From Candidatus Omnitrophota bacterium (GTDB taxonomy: Bacteria; Hinthialibacterota; Hinthialibacteria; Hinthialibacterales; JAKPRU01): a DNA stretch of 64,000 nt. Below are positions 1 through 10,500 of this stretch, in pieces. Every line of letters begins with the position of its first letter. Positions within the stretch are counted from its first letter, which is position 1. The position numbers and the translations under genes were made by a program. The notes beneath the pieces are model-generated. The model was not told where the DNA came from and did not search any database. It was given only the letters and a program-made list of their open reading frames with translations. The DNA lies in contig JAKQSI010000090.1 of assembly GCA_029570205.1 (NCBI GenBank), forward strand, positions 37,674 to 101,673. The letters are read 5' to 3'.

Positions 1-25
1 AGGTGGAATGAGTCGCCAGGGTCAT
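1..25 (-). CDS. 5' end of an unidentified gene running off the window edge
   Basis: Minus strand GGAGG (34-38) followed by ATG at 25, reading MTLATHST to the edge. Confidence 0.35.
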
Positions 26-459
26 AATATGGACCTCCTTGGCAGCGATATGAAAACTGATATATCCGACAACCTGGTCCTCCGGCAAGGAGGTCGCCAC
101 AAGGAATCGAATCGGACCGCGGAGAATGGCCTCCTCAATGGTTTTTCTCGACCATGGGCATGAAAAAGAGAAGGTCTCGATCTCCATGATCCGGTCAAGA
201 TCCTCAAGCTGCGCCGGGCGAATCTGAACGCTGGACATAGTGGATCATCATTAAGCAGATGGTTGGATCAGGCAAGGGAGGAATCCACTTGGGCCACAGG
301 CTGGAAGCCTGCGCCGGCCTTTTTTCAGGGGACCATGGGGGTGATCTGTGTATCTTTCGGGAAAAACCGTCCGGTCATCTGTTCAATCCCCGGACTTTCG
401 TGTTAGGATTCCGCTGCACAAATGTACCCTGACCGGATCGGGGAGGTCTGCGACCGCTT

Positions 460-1995
460 ATGTATGTGAAGATTTTTTCGAGCGCTACCCTGGGGATTGA
501 TGCGTATATCATGGAAGTGGAGTTCGATATTGCCGGCGGATTGCCATCCTTTGTGATTGTGGGATTGCCGGATGCCAGTATTCGGGAAAGCCGCGACCGG
601 GTTCATTCCGCGATTGAAAAGACGGGAATGTCGTTTCCCATGAGGCGTATCACGATCAATCTCGCGCCGGCCGACATTCAGAAAGAGGGTTCTGCGCTGG
701 ACCTTCCTATCGCGGTGGGATTGCTGTGCGGTTCCGGCGCGATTTCCGTGGATCGTGTCAAGGATGCCATTTTCCTTGGGGAATTAGCGCTGGATGGCGC
801 TGTTCGTTCCGTTTCGGGTGTCCTTCCGATAGCCCTGAAAGCGAAGGAGAAGAAGATTTCGGCCCTTTATGTGCCGAAAGAGGTGGCGAAAGAGGCAGCG
901 GTTGTCGAAAACGGTCCGACTGTATATCCCGTGGGAACGCTTCTTGAGCTGGTTCGGCATTTAAACGACGACAGGGCGATTCAACCGGAGAAGGTTGATG
1001 TGAAGTCCTTGTTTAACCGGCAGTCGGAATACGATGTCGATTTCAGCGAAGTGAAGGGGCAGGAGCACGCGAAGCGGGCGATGGAGATTGCGGCAGCGGG
1101 GGGACATAACGTGATCATGATCGGCCCGCCCGGTTCCGGCAAGACCATGCTCGCCAAACGTCTGCCGACCATCCTGCCTACGCTTTCGCTTGAGGAGGCG
1201 CTGGAGACAACGAAGATCCACAGCATTGCGGGGCAGCTGGGGAATCAGCCCTTGATCGGAACGCGCCCGGTGCGTTCGCCGCATCATTCGGTTTCGGATG
1301 CGGGCTTGATCGGTGGGGGCCGTCATCCCAGGCCGGGCGAGGTAAGCCTGGCGCATAACGGTGTCCTGTTTCTCGATGAGTTGCCGGAGTTTTCGCGCGC
1401 TGTGCTGGAGAATCTGCGGCAACCTCTGGAGGATGGGGTGGTCACGATCAGCCGCGCCGCGGCCACGTTGACTTTCCCGGCGAATTTCATGCTGATCGCG
1501 GCGTCGAATCCCTGCCCATGCGGTTATTTCGGCGATACGAACAAGGCCTGTCGGTGCACGCCGATGCAGGTTCAGAACTATATGTCCAAACTCTCGGGGC
1601 CGCTGATGGATCGGATTGACATCCACATCGAAGTGCCGAGCGTCAAGCTGGACGATCTGCACCTTCCACCGGCCGGGGAATCGTCCAAGACCATCCGGGA
1701 GCGGATACAGAGAGCGCGCGAGATTCAGCAGGCGCGTTTCGCCGGAACCGGGCTGCACTCCAACGCCGATATGACCTCACGATCGATGAGGGAGCATTGC
1801 CCCATGACCTCGGAAGCTCGGGATGTTCTCAGGGATGGAATCGAACGATTGGGACTCTCTGCCCGTGCCTACGACCGCATTATCAAGGTCGCAAGGACCA
1901 TCGCCGACCTGGAGGGGGCCGAAACTCTGCGCCCCACCGATATTGCGGAAGCTCTCCAGTACCGTACGCTGGACCGGAAGTTGTGGATGAAGTAG
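460..1995 (+). CDS. comM: YifB/ComM family Mg-chelatase-like AAA+ ATPase
   Basis: IVGLPDASIRESRDR, ITINLAPAD, GPPGSGKT Walker A, RSPHHS, LFLDELPEF Walker B, NPCPCG. Confidence 0.95.
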   Translation: MYVKIFSSATLGIDAYIMEVEFDIAGGLPSFVIVGLPDASIRESRDRVHSAIEKTGMSFPMRRITINLAPADIQKEGSALDLPIAVGLLCGSGAISVDRVKDAIFLGELALDGAVRSVSGVLPIALKAKEKKISALYVPKEVAKEAAVVENGPTVYPVGTLLELVRHLNDDRAIQPEKVDVKSLFNRQSEYDVDFSEVKGQEHAKRAMEIAAAGGHNVIMIGPPGSGKTMLAKRLPTILPTLSLEEALETTKIHSIAGQLGNQPLIGTRPVRSPHHSVSDAGLIGGGRHPRPGEVSLAHNGVLFLDELPEFSRAVLENLRQPLEDGVVTISRAAATLTFPANFMLIAASNPCPCGYFGDTNKACRCTPMQVQNYMSKLSGPLMDRIDIHIEVPSVKLDDLHLPPAGESSKTIRERIQRAREIQQARFAGTGLHSNADMTSRSMREHCPMTSEARDVLRDGIERLGLSARAYDRIIKVARTIADLEGAETLRPTDIAEALQYRTLDRKLWMK

Positions 1996-2001
1996 CCGAT
2001 T

Positions 2002-2712
2002 TCACCCAACCGGATTGATGGCCGGGACCGGCGGTGTTTTCAGCCAGGTGATCCGATTGCGCGCCTGACTGCGGTAATTGGAGTCACTCGGGATTTCCTC
2101 ATACAGGGCAAGAGCCTCCTGGGGCTGATTCAAGTCTTCCTTGCACTGGGCCAACAGGAACGTGATTTGATCGCGCATTTCCGGGCTGTCTACCTCGGAC
2201 CGCAGCGATTCGAGTTCCTCTACCGCTGTCTGCGTATCCCCTTGCGATCGGTGGATCTGGACCAGGGCCAGGCGGATGGAATACCGGGTTGGAAGATCCT
2301 CCACCATCTGCAGGGCGGTCTGATAATCGGCGAAAGCCCCATCGTAGTTTTTCTGTTTGTGGCGGGCGAATCCGCGAAGCACATACGCGGCGGAAACACA
2401 GTCCTGGCCGCTGAATCGCTCGATCAGCTCGGTCAGTGTGGTTTCTGCGCTGCCATAATCGCCCCGGTCGACTAATGTTGCCGCAGTGGAATAGATTTCC
2501 TGCGCCGCCGAAAAATCGGTGGCTTCCTTCCATCGCCACAAAAATGTCACGCCGAACAGCAGGCACAGACCGATCACGGTCCAGAATGTGACCCGACCGT
2601 ATTTTTCCAGGTAATCTCGAATGGAATCGCGAATGTCCTGAAAAAAAAGCGCAACTTCGTCCTCTTTGAGTCGTTTTTTCAGTTCTTTTTGATGAATTCT
2701 CTGTTCCGGCAT
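2002..2712 (-). CDS. Membrane-anchored tetratricopeptide repeat protein (YfgM-like)
   Basis: Charged N-terminus, one TM helix (VTFWTVIGLCLLFGVTFLW), then TPR-like helices. Confidence 0.75.
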   Translation of the reverse strand: MPEQRIHQKELKKRLKEDEVALFFQDIRDSIRDYLEKYGRVTFWTVIGLCLLFGVTFLWRWKEATDFSAAQEIYSTAATLVDRGDYGSAETTLTELIERFSGQDCVSAAYVLRGFARHKQKNYDGAFADYQTALQMVEDLPTRYSIRLALVQIHRSQGDTQTAVEELESLRSEVDSPEMRDQITFLLAQCKEDLNQPQEALALYEEIPSDSNYRSQARNRITWLKTPPVPAINPVG

Positions 2713-2862
2713 GGCTCTGTTTCCCTATGAAGATTTACGAAAATCTATATTACCCTGTCGCTCACGTCTGTCGAGAGCGGTCCGGTGTCGCTACCTTTCC
2801 CCCGTGTCTTACGTTAAACTGAGTGTAAGTCGGACATCCCGGGGTAAACCAAAGTGAATAGA

Positions 2863-3117
2863 ATGAGACAGCGCTTTCGATTGATGGTCCTGGTGTTGCT
2901 CACCGGATTCCTGTTTGCCGGATGCGCCTCGATGAAGAAGGCCAGGACGGAGGGGCTGGGGGTATACCCGCATGATCCATGGTATTCCGGTCTCGTTCCA
3001 TTGTCCAAGGATGAATTCACGGATTGGGCCATATTCGACCTGGGATATCCGACCCTTCCCGATTTCAATGATACCACAGAGAATCCGGTCTACGATTTGT
3101 ATATCCTGTTTCGATAA
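2863..3117 (+). CDS. Small lipoprotein of unknown function
   Basis: MRQRFRLMVLVLLTGFLFAG-C lipobox. Confidence 0.65.
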   Translation: MRQRFRLMVLVLLTGFLFAGCASMKKARTEGLGVYPHDPWYSGLVPLSKDEFTDWAIFDLGYPTLPDFNDTTENPVYDLYILFR

Positions 3118-3205
3118 CTAACCGAGTAATCAGGGCAGAACGCGAGTACCGAATTCCTGCCGGGGAAAGTTTCTTCCCGGTGCGCAGGGCGGTTTGACGC
3201 ATTTC

Positions 3206-4660
3206 TTATTGATATTGGCTGCCCTCCGGTTTTTTCGGTTCGATCTGAGGTCGTGGGTCTGTGTGTGCGGATTGCAAGACTTGTTTCGACTTCTCTACGA
3301 TATCCGGCCTTTTGTCGGACAGATCGGTCTGCTCGGCAGGATCGTTGGAAAGATCATAAAGTTCAAATTTTGTCTCCTTTCCTGCTTGATCGTATTTCTG
3401 AAGGGCCTTCCAATTTCCCATCCGCAAAGCCCGGCCTCCGTCCGTTTCCCAATACAGGTACTCATGCTCCAATCGACTTTTCCCGGCGCTGTTTTCTCCG
3501 AACAACGAGGGCAGAATCGGGAGTCCGTCGATATTTTTCGGAGACTCAGCGCCGGCAAGGTCCGCAAGGGTCGGCAGAAAGTCCGGGAAATAGCAGACCT
3601 GTTCGCAGGTTGAGTTTCGCTCAATTTTATCCGGCCATCGCACAATCATGGGGACCCGGATTCCTCCCTCGTAGAGTTGAGTTTTATATCCCCGCAGGCC
3701 GGCTGTTGCGTCAAAGAACTCGGGGTCTGCCGGTCCATTGGAGGGGCCGTTATCCGACGTGAAAAAAACAATCGTGTTGTCGTCTAGGCCGAGTTCTTTC
3801 AGGAACGCAAACAGGCGTCCGATGTCCCGATCCATGCGGGTAATCATGGCCGCAAACGCGGCTTTTGGGGTTTCCTGGGCCGCATAATCGGTGGGATACC
3901 CGGCTTTTCCGTCACGTCCGGTGTACGGCACTTCGGGGAACTTTCCACGATACTCTTGCAGGGAGTCTTCCGGGACAAGGAGCTCATAATGCGGAATCGC
4001 GAACGCCAGATATAAGAAGAACGGTTTGGACTGTGCGGAGGATGATGCGGAACCGTGGCGACGGATGAAATCAAAGGCTTTTTCCACGATTACGTCATGG
4101 GCATACTGCCCGCTTTTGCCGTCGTTTCCTTCAAGCGGGTATTTTGTATCATTGAGCCAGAGATACTCCGGGTAATAGAAATGTGCGTGAATCTGGTGAA
4201 GCCATCCGAAGAACTCATCGAACCCCTGGTTGTTGGGTATCCCTGTTGTGCCGTGTTCGCCGAGTCCCCATTTTCCGAAAAGTCCCGTGGTGTAGCCGGA
4301 TTCTTTCAGGATTTCGGCGACGGTGAGGTCTTCCGGCAGAAGGGGAATGCCGCCTGAGTTGCCGCGCACGGAGGCATGTCCGCCGTGGAGGCCGGTCATC
4401 AGGGTACACCGGCTGGGAGCGCACACCGGCGCGCCGGAGTAACATTGGGTGAATCGCATTCCTTCTGCGGCCATGTTATTCAAGTAAGGTGTGCGGATTT
4501 TCTTCTGGCCGTAACATTCCAGATGCCCGTATCCCAGGTCATCCGCCATGATGAAAAGGATGTTGGGGCGCTGACCGGCTTGCGATGCCCGGACAAGGGG
4601 CGGCAGCGCCAGAGCCGTCATACTCATAAGAGTTCTATGGAGAAAGTCGCGTCGTTTCAC
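3206..4660 (-). CDS. Arylsulfatase, Tat-exported, Cys-type
   Basis: MKRRDFL Tat motif; PNILFIMADDLG; CAPSR (CxPxR); GKW; SDNG; LYEGGIRVP. Confidence 0.93.
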   Translation of the reverse strand: MKRRDFLHRTLMSMTALALPPLVRASQAGQRPNILFIMADDLGYGHLECYGQKKIRTPYLNNMAAEGMRFTQCYSGAPVCAPSRCTLMTGLHGGHASVRGNSGGIPLLPEDLTVAEILKESGYTTGLFGKWGLGEHGTTGIPNNQGFDEFFGWLHQIHAHFYYPEYLWLNDTKYPLEGNDGKSGQYAHDVIVEKAFDFIRRHGSASSSAQSKPFFLYLAFAIPHYELLVPEDSLQEYRGKFPEVPYTGRDGKAGYPTDYAAQETPKAAFAAMITRMDRDIGRLFAFLKELGLDDNTIVFFTSDNGPSNGPADPEFFDATAGLRGYKTQLYEGGIRVPMIVRWPDKIERNSTCEQVCYFPDFLPTLADLAGAESPKNIDGLPILPSLFGENSAGKSRLEHEYLYWETDGGRALRMGNWKALQKYDQAGKETKFELYDLSNDPAEQTDLSDKRPDIVEKSKQVLQSAHTDPRPQIEPKKPEGSQYQ

Positions 4661-4705
4661 AGTTCAAAACCTCCCATTCGGTGTGGTGACAATTCGTTCG
4701 GGTGG

Positions 4706-7120
4706 TTATTCGTCCCGGCACAAGCGAAGACCGAGATTGTCGGCGCGGGTGTCGGGGGGATATGCGGCACGGTATGCGCTCCGGCATTCGCCCCCTTTGC
4801 TGTTCCAGGCTCCTCCGCGTGCAACGCGGAGGGCGCCGTTCGCCGGCCCCTGCGGATCGATGGTCGGCGAGCGGCCGTAATACTCCGGGTCATACCAATC
4901 CCAGCACCACTCCATCACATTGCCGTGCATATCGCAGAGTCCCCAGGCATTGGGAGGATACTGGCCCACTTCCACGGGTTGCGAGCTCTCAAAATTCGCC
5001 TGGTCTCCGGTTAGAGAATCTCCAAACGAGAAATCGGAGTCGGTCCCGGCCCGGCAGGCATATTCCCACTCGGCTTCTGTCGGAAGGCGGAATGTCCCCA
5101 CGCCGCGCCGGCTCATCCGGTCAACAAACTCCTGGCAATCAATCCAGGAAACATTAACAACGGGCATATTGTCTTCTTTCCGGGGAGAGGGTGGAGCGCC
5201 CATTTCTTCCTGCCATTGTTTGTTGGTGATTTCGGTTTTGCCGATCCAGAAGCCATTCGATATCCGTACACGGTGAGCCGGTTTCTCATGCTGGTCAAAG
5301 ATCTCCGTACCCATCACGAAAGTCCCCGGCGGGATATGAACAAAAACGATACCCGCAAACGTTTTTTCTTCCAGGACCTCACTCATCGTCGGCGTCGGTT
5401 TCGGTTTTACAGTTTCCGAGGGCGATTCGGAAGGCGCGCCGGGCGCGTTCTGAAATGTTCTCCAATAGGCGTTCGGACCGAATCGCAGGCGGCCCCGTGA
5501 GATGGGACCGTTTTCAAAATACAATGTTGCCTCTGTCAGCAGAAGCATGATGATGGGAACAGCAATCCAGACAATCCAATGGAGGACACCGAGTTTCCAG
5601 GATCTATCGGTGACGGCAACAGGACCGCTCGGCATGTCCGGGAAAGTCGGAGGAGAAACCCCGGCCCCCATTCGGACAACCAGCCAGGCGCACAGCACGC
5701 ACGTGATCCAGAATGTGCATTCGACCCAAACACGCATCAGATATTTCATTTCGACAAAGTTGAGCATGAATGCGCCGACCAGGGTCACGGTCAGATAAAA
5801 CAGGTAGAGAAGCTGGCCTGTGCCGAAATCGGTGGCGGGAATGAATGCCAACGGGCTGCGGCGATTTCGGAAAACGGCGTAGATCACCAGAGCGCACAAG
5901 AGAATAAAGATCAGATCGTACCAGGCCCTGGCCGAGAAACCGAACAACAAGTCATGACTGATGATATCCTGGTTCTCGATCCATCGATCGATATTCTTGT
6001 GCAGGTTGAACCACAGAATGGGAACCAGCAGACCGAGTGTGGATAGTTCGTTCAGTTTGCGCTCATCGGTATCTTCCTCCGGGGGAGGCAAGCGCCCTCG
6101 CAGAAGCCTGAGAATCCCGAAGGCCACGCCCAGTCCCATGAGCAATCCGAAACCTTGCTCCGTGGTTTTCCATCCGCCAAGCAGCTTCAGAGAGACGCTG
6201 TTCGCAATCGGTCCCCAAGCGGCTGTGAAGGGAATCCGAATAAAGTTCGCAAGGGTGAATCCGAATCCCCCGGCGAGTGTGCAGTACGACATAAAGAGCC
6301 GTCCCGCGCGGTGTTTGCGCCAGGTCAGGTAACCGAACATTGTGAAGAAAACACCGAGAGTGCCCGCCCAGTTCTCTCCCCGGTGCGGCGGCGCAAGGGG
6401 AAGTCCGATCAAGAGCATAAAAAAGGCGGCCGAGATCAGCCAGCCCGCGGAAATCAGCATTATCAACCGACATGCCTCCCGCTTTCCAGGTGAAAACACC
6501 CAGTAAAGCGCGGCGGTGATCAGCGCTGTGGATGCGGTCATCCAGTCTACTTTGGCGGTTCCCATCACTTTCTGGAATCCGCGAAGGCTCTCGGCATAAT
6601 TCCGGTGAAACTCAGGGGACATCCAGCGTGCCACCCAGTCCGGCGAGAAGCGGAAAAACCACTCGACAAGAATCCAGACAACATAAACGACAACAATCGG
6701 CCCGATGAACTTCTCCAGGCGGGATCGTTTCTCTGTCAGGGAGAGAATCAGGATCGAACCGCCGATCCCCGCCCAGATTCCGCCGAGCAGAAACAAAACA
6801 CCGTAAGAATACAGGACATCCGGAAATGAGTCGGAGTGGGCATAAAAAACCGAATGCTCCATATAGCTGAATTGACCGCCGAATGCCCAGCCCACCGCGC
6901 TGAAGAAGCCCACCACGGCGCAACGCTTATACCAGTCCGGGCGGCCCGAGGCGAGGCATAACGCTATCGCCATCAGGGCGGCGGCAACCATAGCTCCGGC
7001 CTCATGCCCGTACTCGCCGCGAAACCCCCACCCGTACGACATCGTGAGCGCGGAAAGAAGGCAAAGCGCAAAAGGGCTGAAAGCCAACCGGCAATTCGTC
7101 AATGATCGGTTCTCATCCAT
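4706..7120 (-). CDS. Polytopic membrane protein fused to a C-terminal FGE-sulfatase (SUMF1-like) domain
   Basis: About 550 aa of alternating TM segments, a Pro/Ser linker, then RLPTEAEWEYACRAG, NAWGLCDMHGNVMEWC, RGGAW. Confidence 0.85.
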   Translation of the reverse strand: MDENRSLTNCRLAFSPFALCLLSALTMSYGWGFRGEYGHEAGAMVAAALMAIALCLASGRPDWYKRCAVVGFFSAVGWAFGGQFSYMEHSVFYAHSDSFPDVLYSYGVLFLLGGIWAGIGGSILILSLTEKRSRLEKFIGPIVVVYVVWILVEWFFRFSPDWVARWMSPEFHRNYAESLRGFQKVMGTAKVDWMTASTALITAALYWVFSPGKREACRLIMLISAGWLISAAFFMLLIGLPLAPPHRGENWAGTLGVFFTMFGYLTWRKHRAGRLFMSYCTLAGGFGFTLANFIRIPFTAAWGPIANSVSLKLLGGWKTTEQGFGLLMGLGVAFGILRLLRGRLPPPEEDTDERKLNELSTLGLLVPILWFNLHKNIDRWIENQDIISHDLLFGFSARAWYDLIFILLCALVIYAVFRNRRSPLAFIPATDFGTGQLLYLFYLTVTLVGAFMLNFVEMKYLMRVWVECTFWITCVLCAWLVVRMGAGVSPPTFPDMPSGPVAVTDRSWKLGVLHWIVWIAVPIIMLLLTEATLYFENGPISRGRLRFGPNAYWRTFQNAPGAPSESPSETVKPKPTPTMSEVLEEKTFAGIVFVHIPPGTFVMGTEIFDQHEKPAHRVRISNGFWIGKTEITNKQWQEEMGAPPSPRKEDNMPVVNVSWIDCQEFVDRMSRRGVGTFRLPTEAEWEYACRAGTDSDFSFGDSLTGDQANFESSQPVEVGQYPPNAWGLCDMHGNVMEWCWDWYDPEYYGRSPTIDPQGPANGALRVARGGAWNSKGGECRSAYRAAYPPDTRADNLGLRLCRDE

Positions 7121-7514
7121 CGAACGATCCTGCCTTTCCCCGTTTTGTCCTACATTTTCTTCACGAGATTATGCTTTACAGCAAGAAAGTCTTTCCGGCA
7201 AGATTCCTTTACGTTCCGGCCCGTACCATAATCCCTCTTTTGAAAGAGATCCATCGGACCGGAACCGTGTTGTTTTGTAAGCCACCCGGTATTTGAGGTT
7301 GTTTCGGGCACACTCTATCATTTGCGAGTTTCTTTGCTCAGAACTTCCGTGGCGCTTTCCCGTTCTTCTCCGTTGAGGCTCTCCACTTTCCAAGAAATCT
7401 TTAAATCGTTTTTTTTGACTTTGGGAGTACTCGTCCATTCCGGGCGGGGCATCGGAATGTGGTAATATAAGTGGGGATATGGTCCCGCGAATCCGCCCAG
7501 GTAGGAGTATCGAA

Positions 7515-10500
7515 ATGAACTCTATTCCGAAACGGTTGGTCGTTGCATTCCTGCTTGCGATGTTCGCAACAGTGATCGGAGGTCGGTGGGTGGCCGACTG
7601 GCGGGAAAAAGTCGTGGATGGCGCCATGCGTGGAGACCTGCTTACCCAAGCGGAGGCTATCGCTCGGGTGATCAATCCCGAATGGGTGAAATCTCTGTCT
7701 TTCTCGGAAGCGGATAAAACGAATCCTGTTTATCGGCGTCTGTGCAGCCAAATGAAGGCATACGCAGAGGCGATCGGATTCCGCAGTCTTTACAGCATGG
7801 CCCTGCGCGATGGAAACATTGTCTTTGGGCCGGAAAGCCTCGATGAAGGTGATCCATGGGCCTCTCCGCCGGGAACGGTCTATAAAGAACCCTCCGAATT
7901 GGATTTTCAAATCTTCGAAACCGGAATCCCGTCGGTGCAAGGCCCTGTGACGGATGAATACGGGACCTTTGTTTCCGCGCAGGCGCCGGTGCTTGATCCC
8001 GATACGAATGAGGTTCTTCTCGTTATCGGGATAGATGTTGAAGCCGGGGAATGGCAGCGAGCGATTGACAATGCGCGACGCACTCCCATTCTTTTCACTC
8101 TGGCGCTTGGATTGACTCTCCTGGGTGGCATTGCGACGCTGTTTTTGCGGGATCGGTTTCCGGCCAGGCATCGGTTGCATTACACGGAAGCGTGCCTGAC
8201 TGCCGCATTGGGCATTCTGTTGACAGGAATCGCGGCGTGGGCGCTTCACCAGGATCAGGTGAGTTCCAGAAGGGAGGTGTTCAAGCCGCTGGCCTTTGCG
8301 GAGATGGTCAATGTTCGGGGAGCCCTCGATGAAATCCGAGCCTGCATGACTCAAATCAGCGGTTTTTTCGAGGCTGATGAGCATGTCGATCGTCGGGCGT
8401 TTCACTCCTATACTCGTTTGCTTGTGCGAAACCGGAATCTCCAAGCCCTTATGTGGATTCCCGTTGTTCCTGCACATTCCAGAGAGAATTGGGAAAGGGA
8501 AATCCGGGAGGAAGGATTTCCGGAATTTGTTATTTATGAGAAGGGAGACAATGGCGAATTCCTGCCTGCACCGGGACGGGATTTTTATTACCCGGTTTTA
8601 TATGTGGAACCGATGCAGGGGAATGAGCGTGTACTGGGCTGTGATTTCCGCTCCGATCCACGCTATCGCACCGCCATGGAGGAGGCCGCCGGGACCGGAC
8701 TACCCGTCATCATAGAATCCACGGAGTCGTTCCAGGCGACCGGGGGACTCAAGACGCTGTTTCTTTTTTATCCCATTTATTCTCAGTCGTCCAAGGTGAG
8801 CGGGGAGGCAAGTTCCGACACGGCGTCTTCCTCTCTGCGCGGATTTGTCCTTGGGGTGATCTGTCCGCAGGACATGCTGACTCGTGTTCTGAATCCGTTC
8901 GACCGTGAGGATGTACACACGATTGTGGACTTGCTGGAGGCGCAGCCGGGCATTCCGCCCCGGTTCCTGGCTTCCTCATTGCGCAAACATGCTGAGATTC
9001 ATCGGGTCCCCGGGGAAATACCGCAACCAAAGTATACGGATTTTTCGATGATTTACCCGCTGTTGGTTTTCAACGACACCTATCTCCTGGTGGTTTATCC
9101 GACGCCGACGTTTTTCGAGGCGAATCCGGCGCGGGCCGGATGGGTGGCGGGCCTCATGGGAATGTTTATTACGGTGGTGCTGACTGTCTTCGGCCTCTTC
9201 CTGAGCAATCGTCGCGCGGAACTGGAGAGACAGGTATCGGTGCGCACGGCGGAACTGCAGGAAGCACAGCAAAGGTTTCACACCATCCTGGATGTTACAG
9301 GGACAAGGATCATCATCATCGATTCCGAACATAACCTTCAGTATGTCGATCCGGGCTGGCAGAGGGATCGGGGCGATCCGACCGGTCGAAAGTGTTATGA
9401 GTATTTCATGGGGCAGGACAAGCCGTGCGAGGACTGCCTGGCTGCCCGTGCCCTGGAAACAGGGCAGGTTCTTGTCGAGGAGGGACCTTTGACACCGGAG
9501 AACAAGCGCATTTTCGAGGTGCACCGGATTCCGTTCCAGGATCAGAACGGACGCCGGTTGGTTGCCGAATTCAGTGTGGATATCGACAGGCGCAAACGGG
9601 CGGAAGAGGCTCTCCGGGATTCGCAACGACAGCTATTGGATATTTTTAACTTCTTGCCGGACGCGACATTCGTCATCGATACAAATAGAACCGTGGTGGC
9701 GTGGAATCGGGCAATTGAAGAGATGACCGGAGTTAAAGCCAAAGACATTCTGGGGAAAGGCGACTACGAATACGCGCTGCCGTTCTATGGGATTCGGAGA
9801 CCGATTCTGATTGATCTGATATTAGAACCCAACGAAGATATTAAGAAACGATACCACTTCGTCAGGCGAGAAGGCGATATCCTTCTGGCGCAAGCCGATG
9901 TTCAGATACGGGGGGAAACACTCGCTCTCTGGATTATTGCCAAACCTCTGTATAACAGCCACGGTGATGTGGTGGGGGCCATTGAGTGCATTCGGGATAT
10001 TACCGAGAGCGAGCAGGCCCGGATTGCACTGCACAAAAGTGAGGCGCGGGTCAGAAGAAAACTGGCGGCCATTCTTGATCCCGAAGGCGACATCGGAACG
10101 CTGGAACTGAGCGATATTCTCGATGTTGAGGCGCTTCAAGCGGTGATGGAGGAATTCTATCGGGTTACACGGTTCTCCACGGCGATCATCGATGTTCAAG
10201 GAAGAGTTCTGGTATCTTCCGGTTGGCAGGATATCTGCACAAAGTATCATCGGATTCACCCGGAGACCCTGCGGAATTGCATTGAGAGTGACACCGCTCT
10301 GACAAAAGGCGTACCGGAGGGGACCTATAAGCTCTACCAGTGCAAGAACGGTTTGTGGGACGTGTCTACACCCATTGTTGTCGGGGGCAATCATGTGGGA
10401 AATCTGTTTCTTGGACAGTTCTTGTTCGAGGGGGAAGCGCTGGATATAGAACTATTCCGCAGCAAGGCACGTCAATATGGATTTGATGAGAAGGAGTATC

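Noticed and set aside
460..1995. comM disrupted by a mobile element (a known hotspot)
   Set aside because: The ORF is intact and full length
4706..4830. FGE-domain C-termini (here and 61840-61960) as DGR variable regions
   Set aside because: The fold is a common DGR target, but I saw no template repeat or RT in the window; a remote TR cannot be excluded
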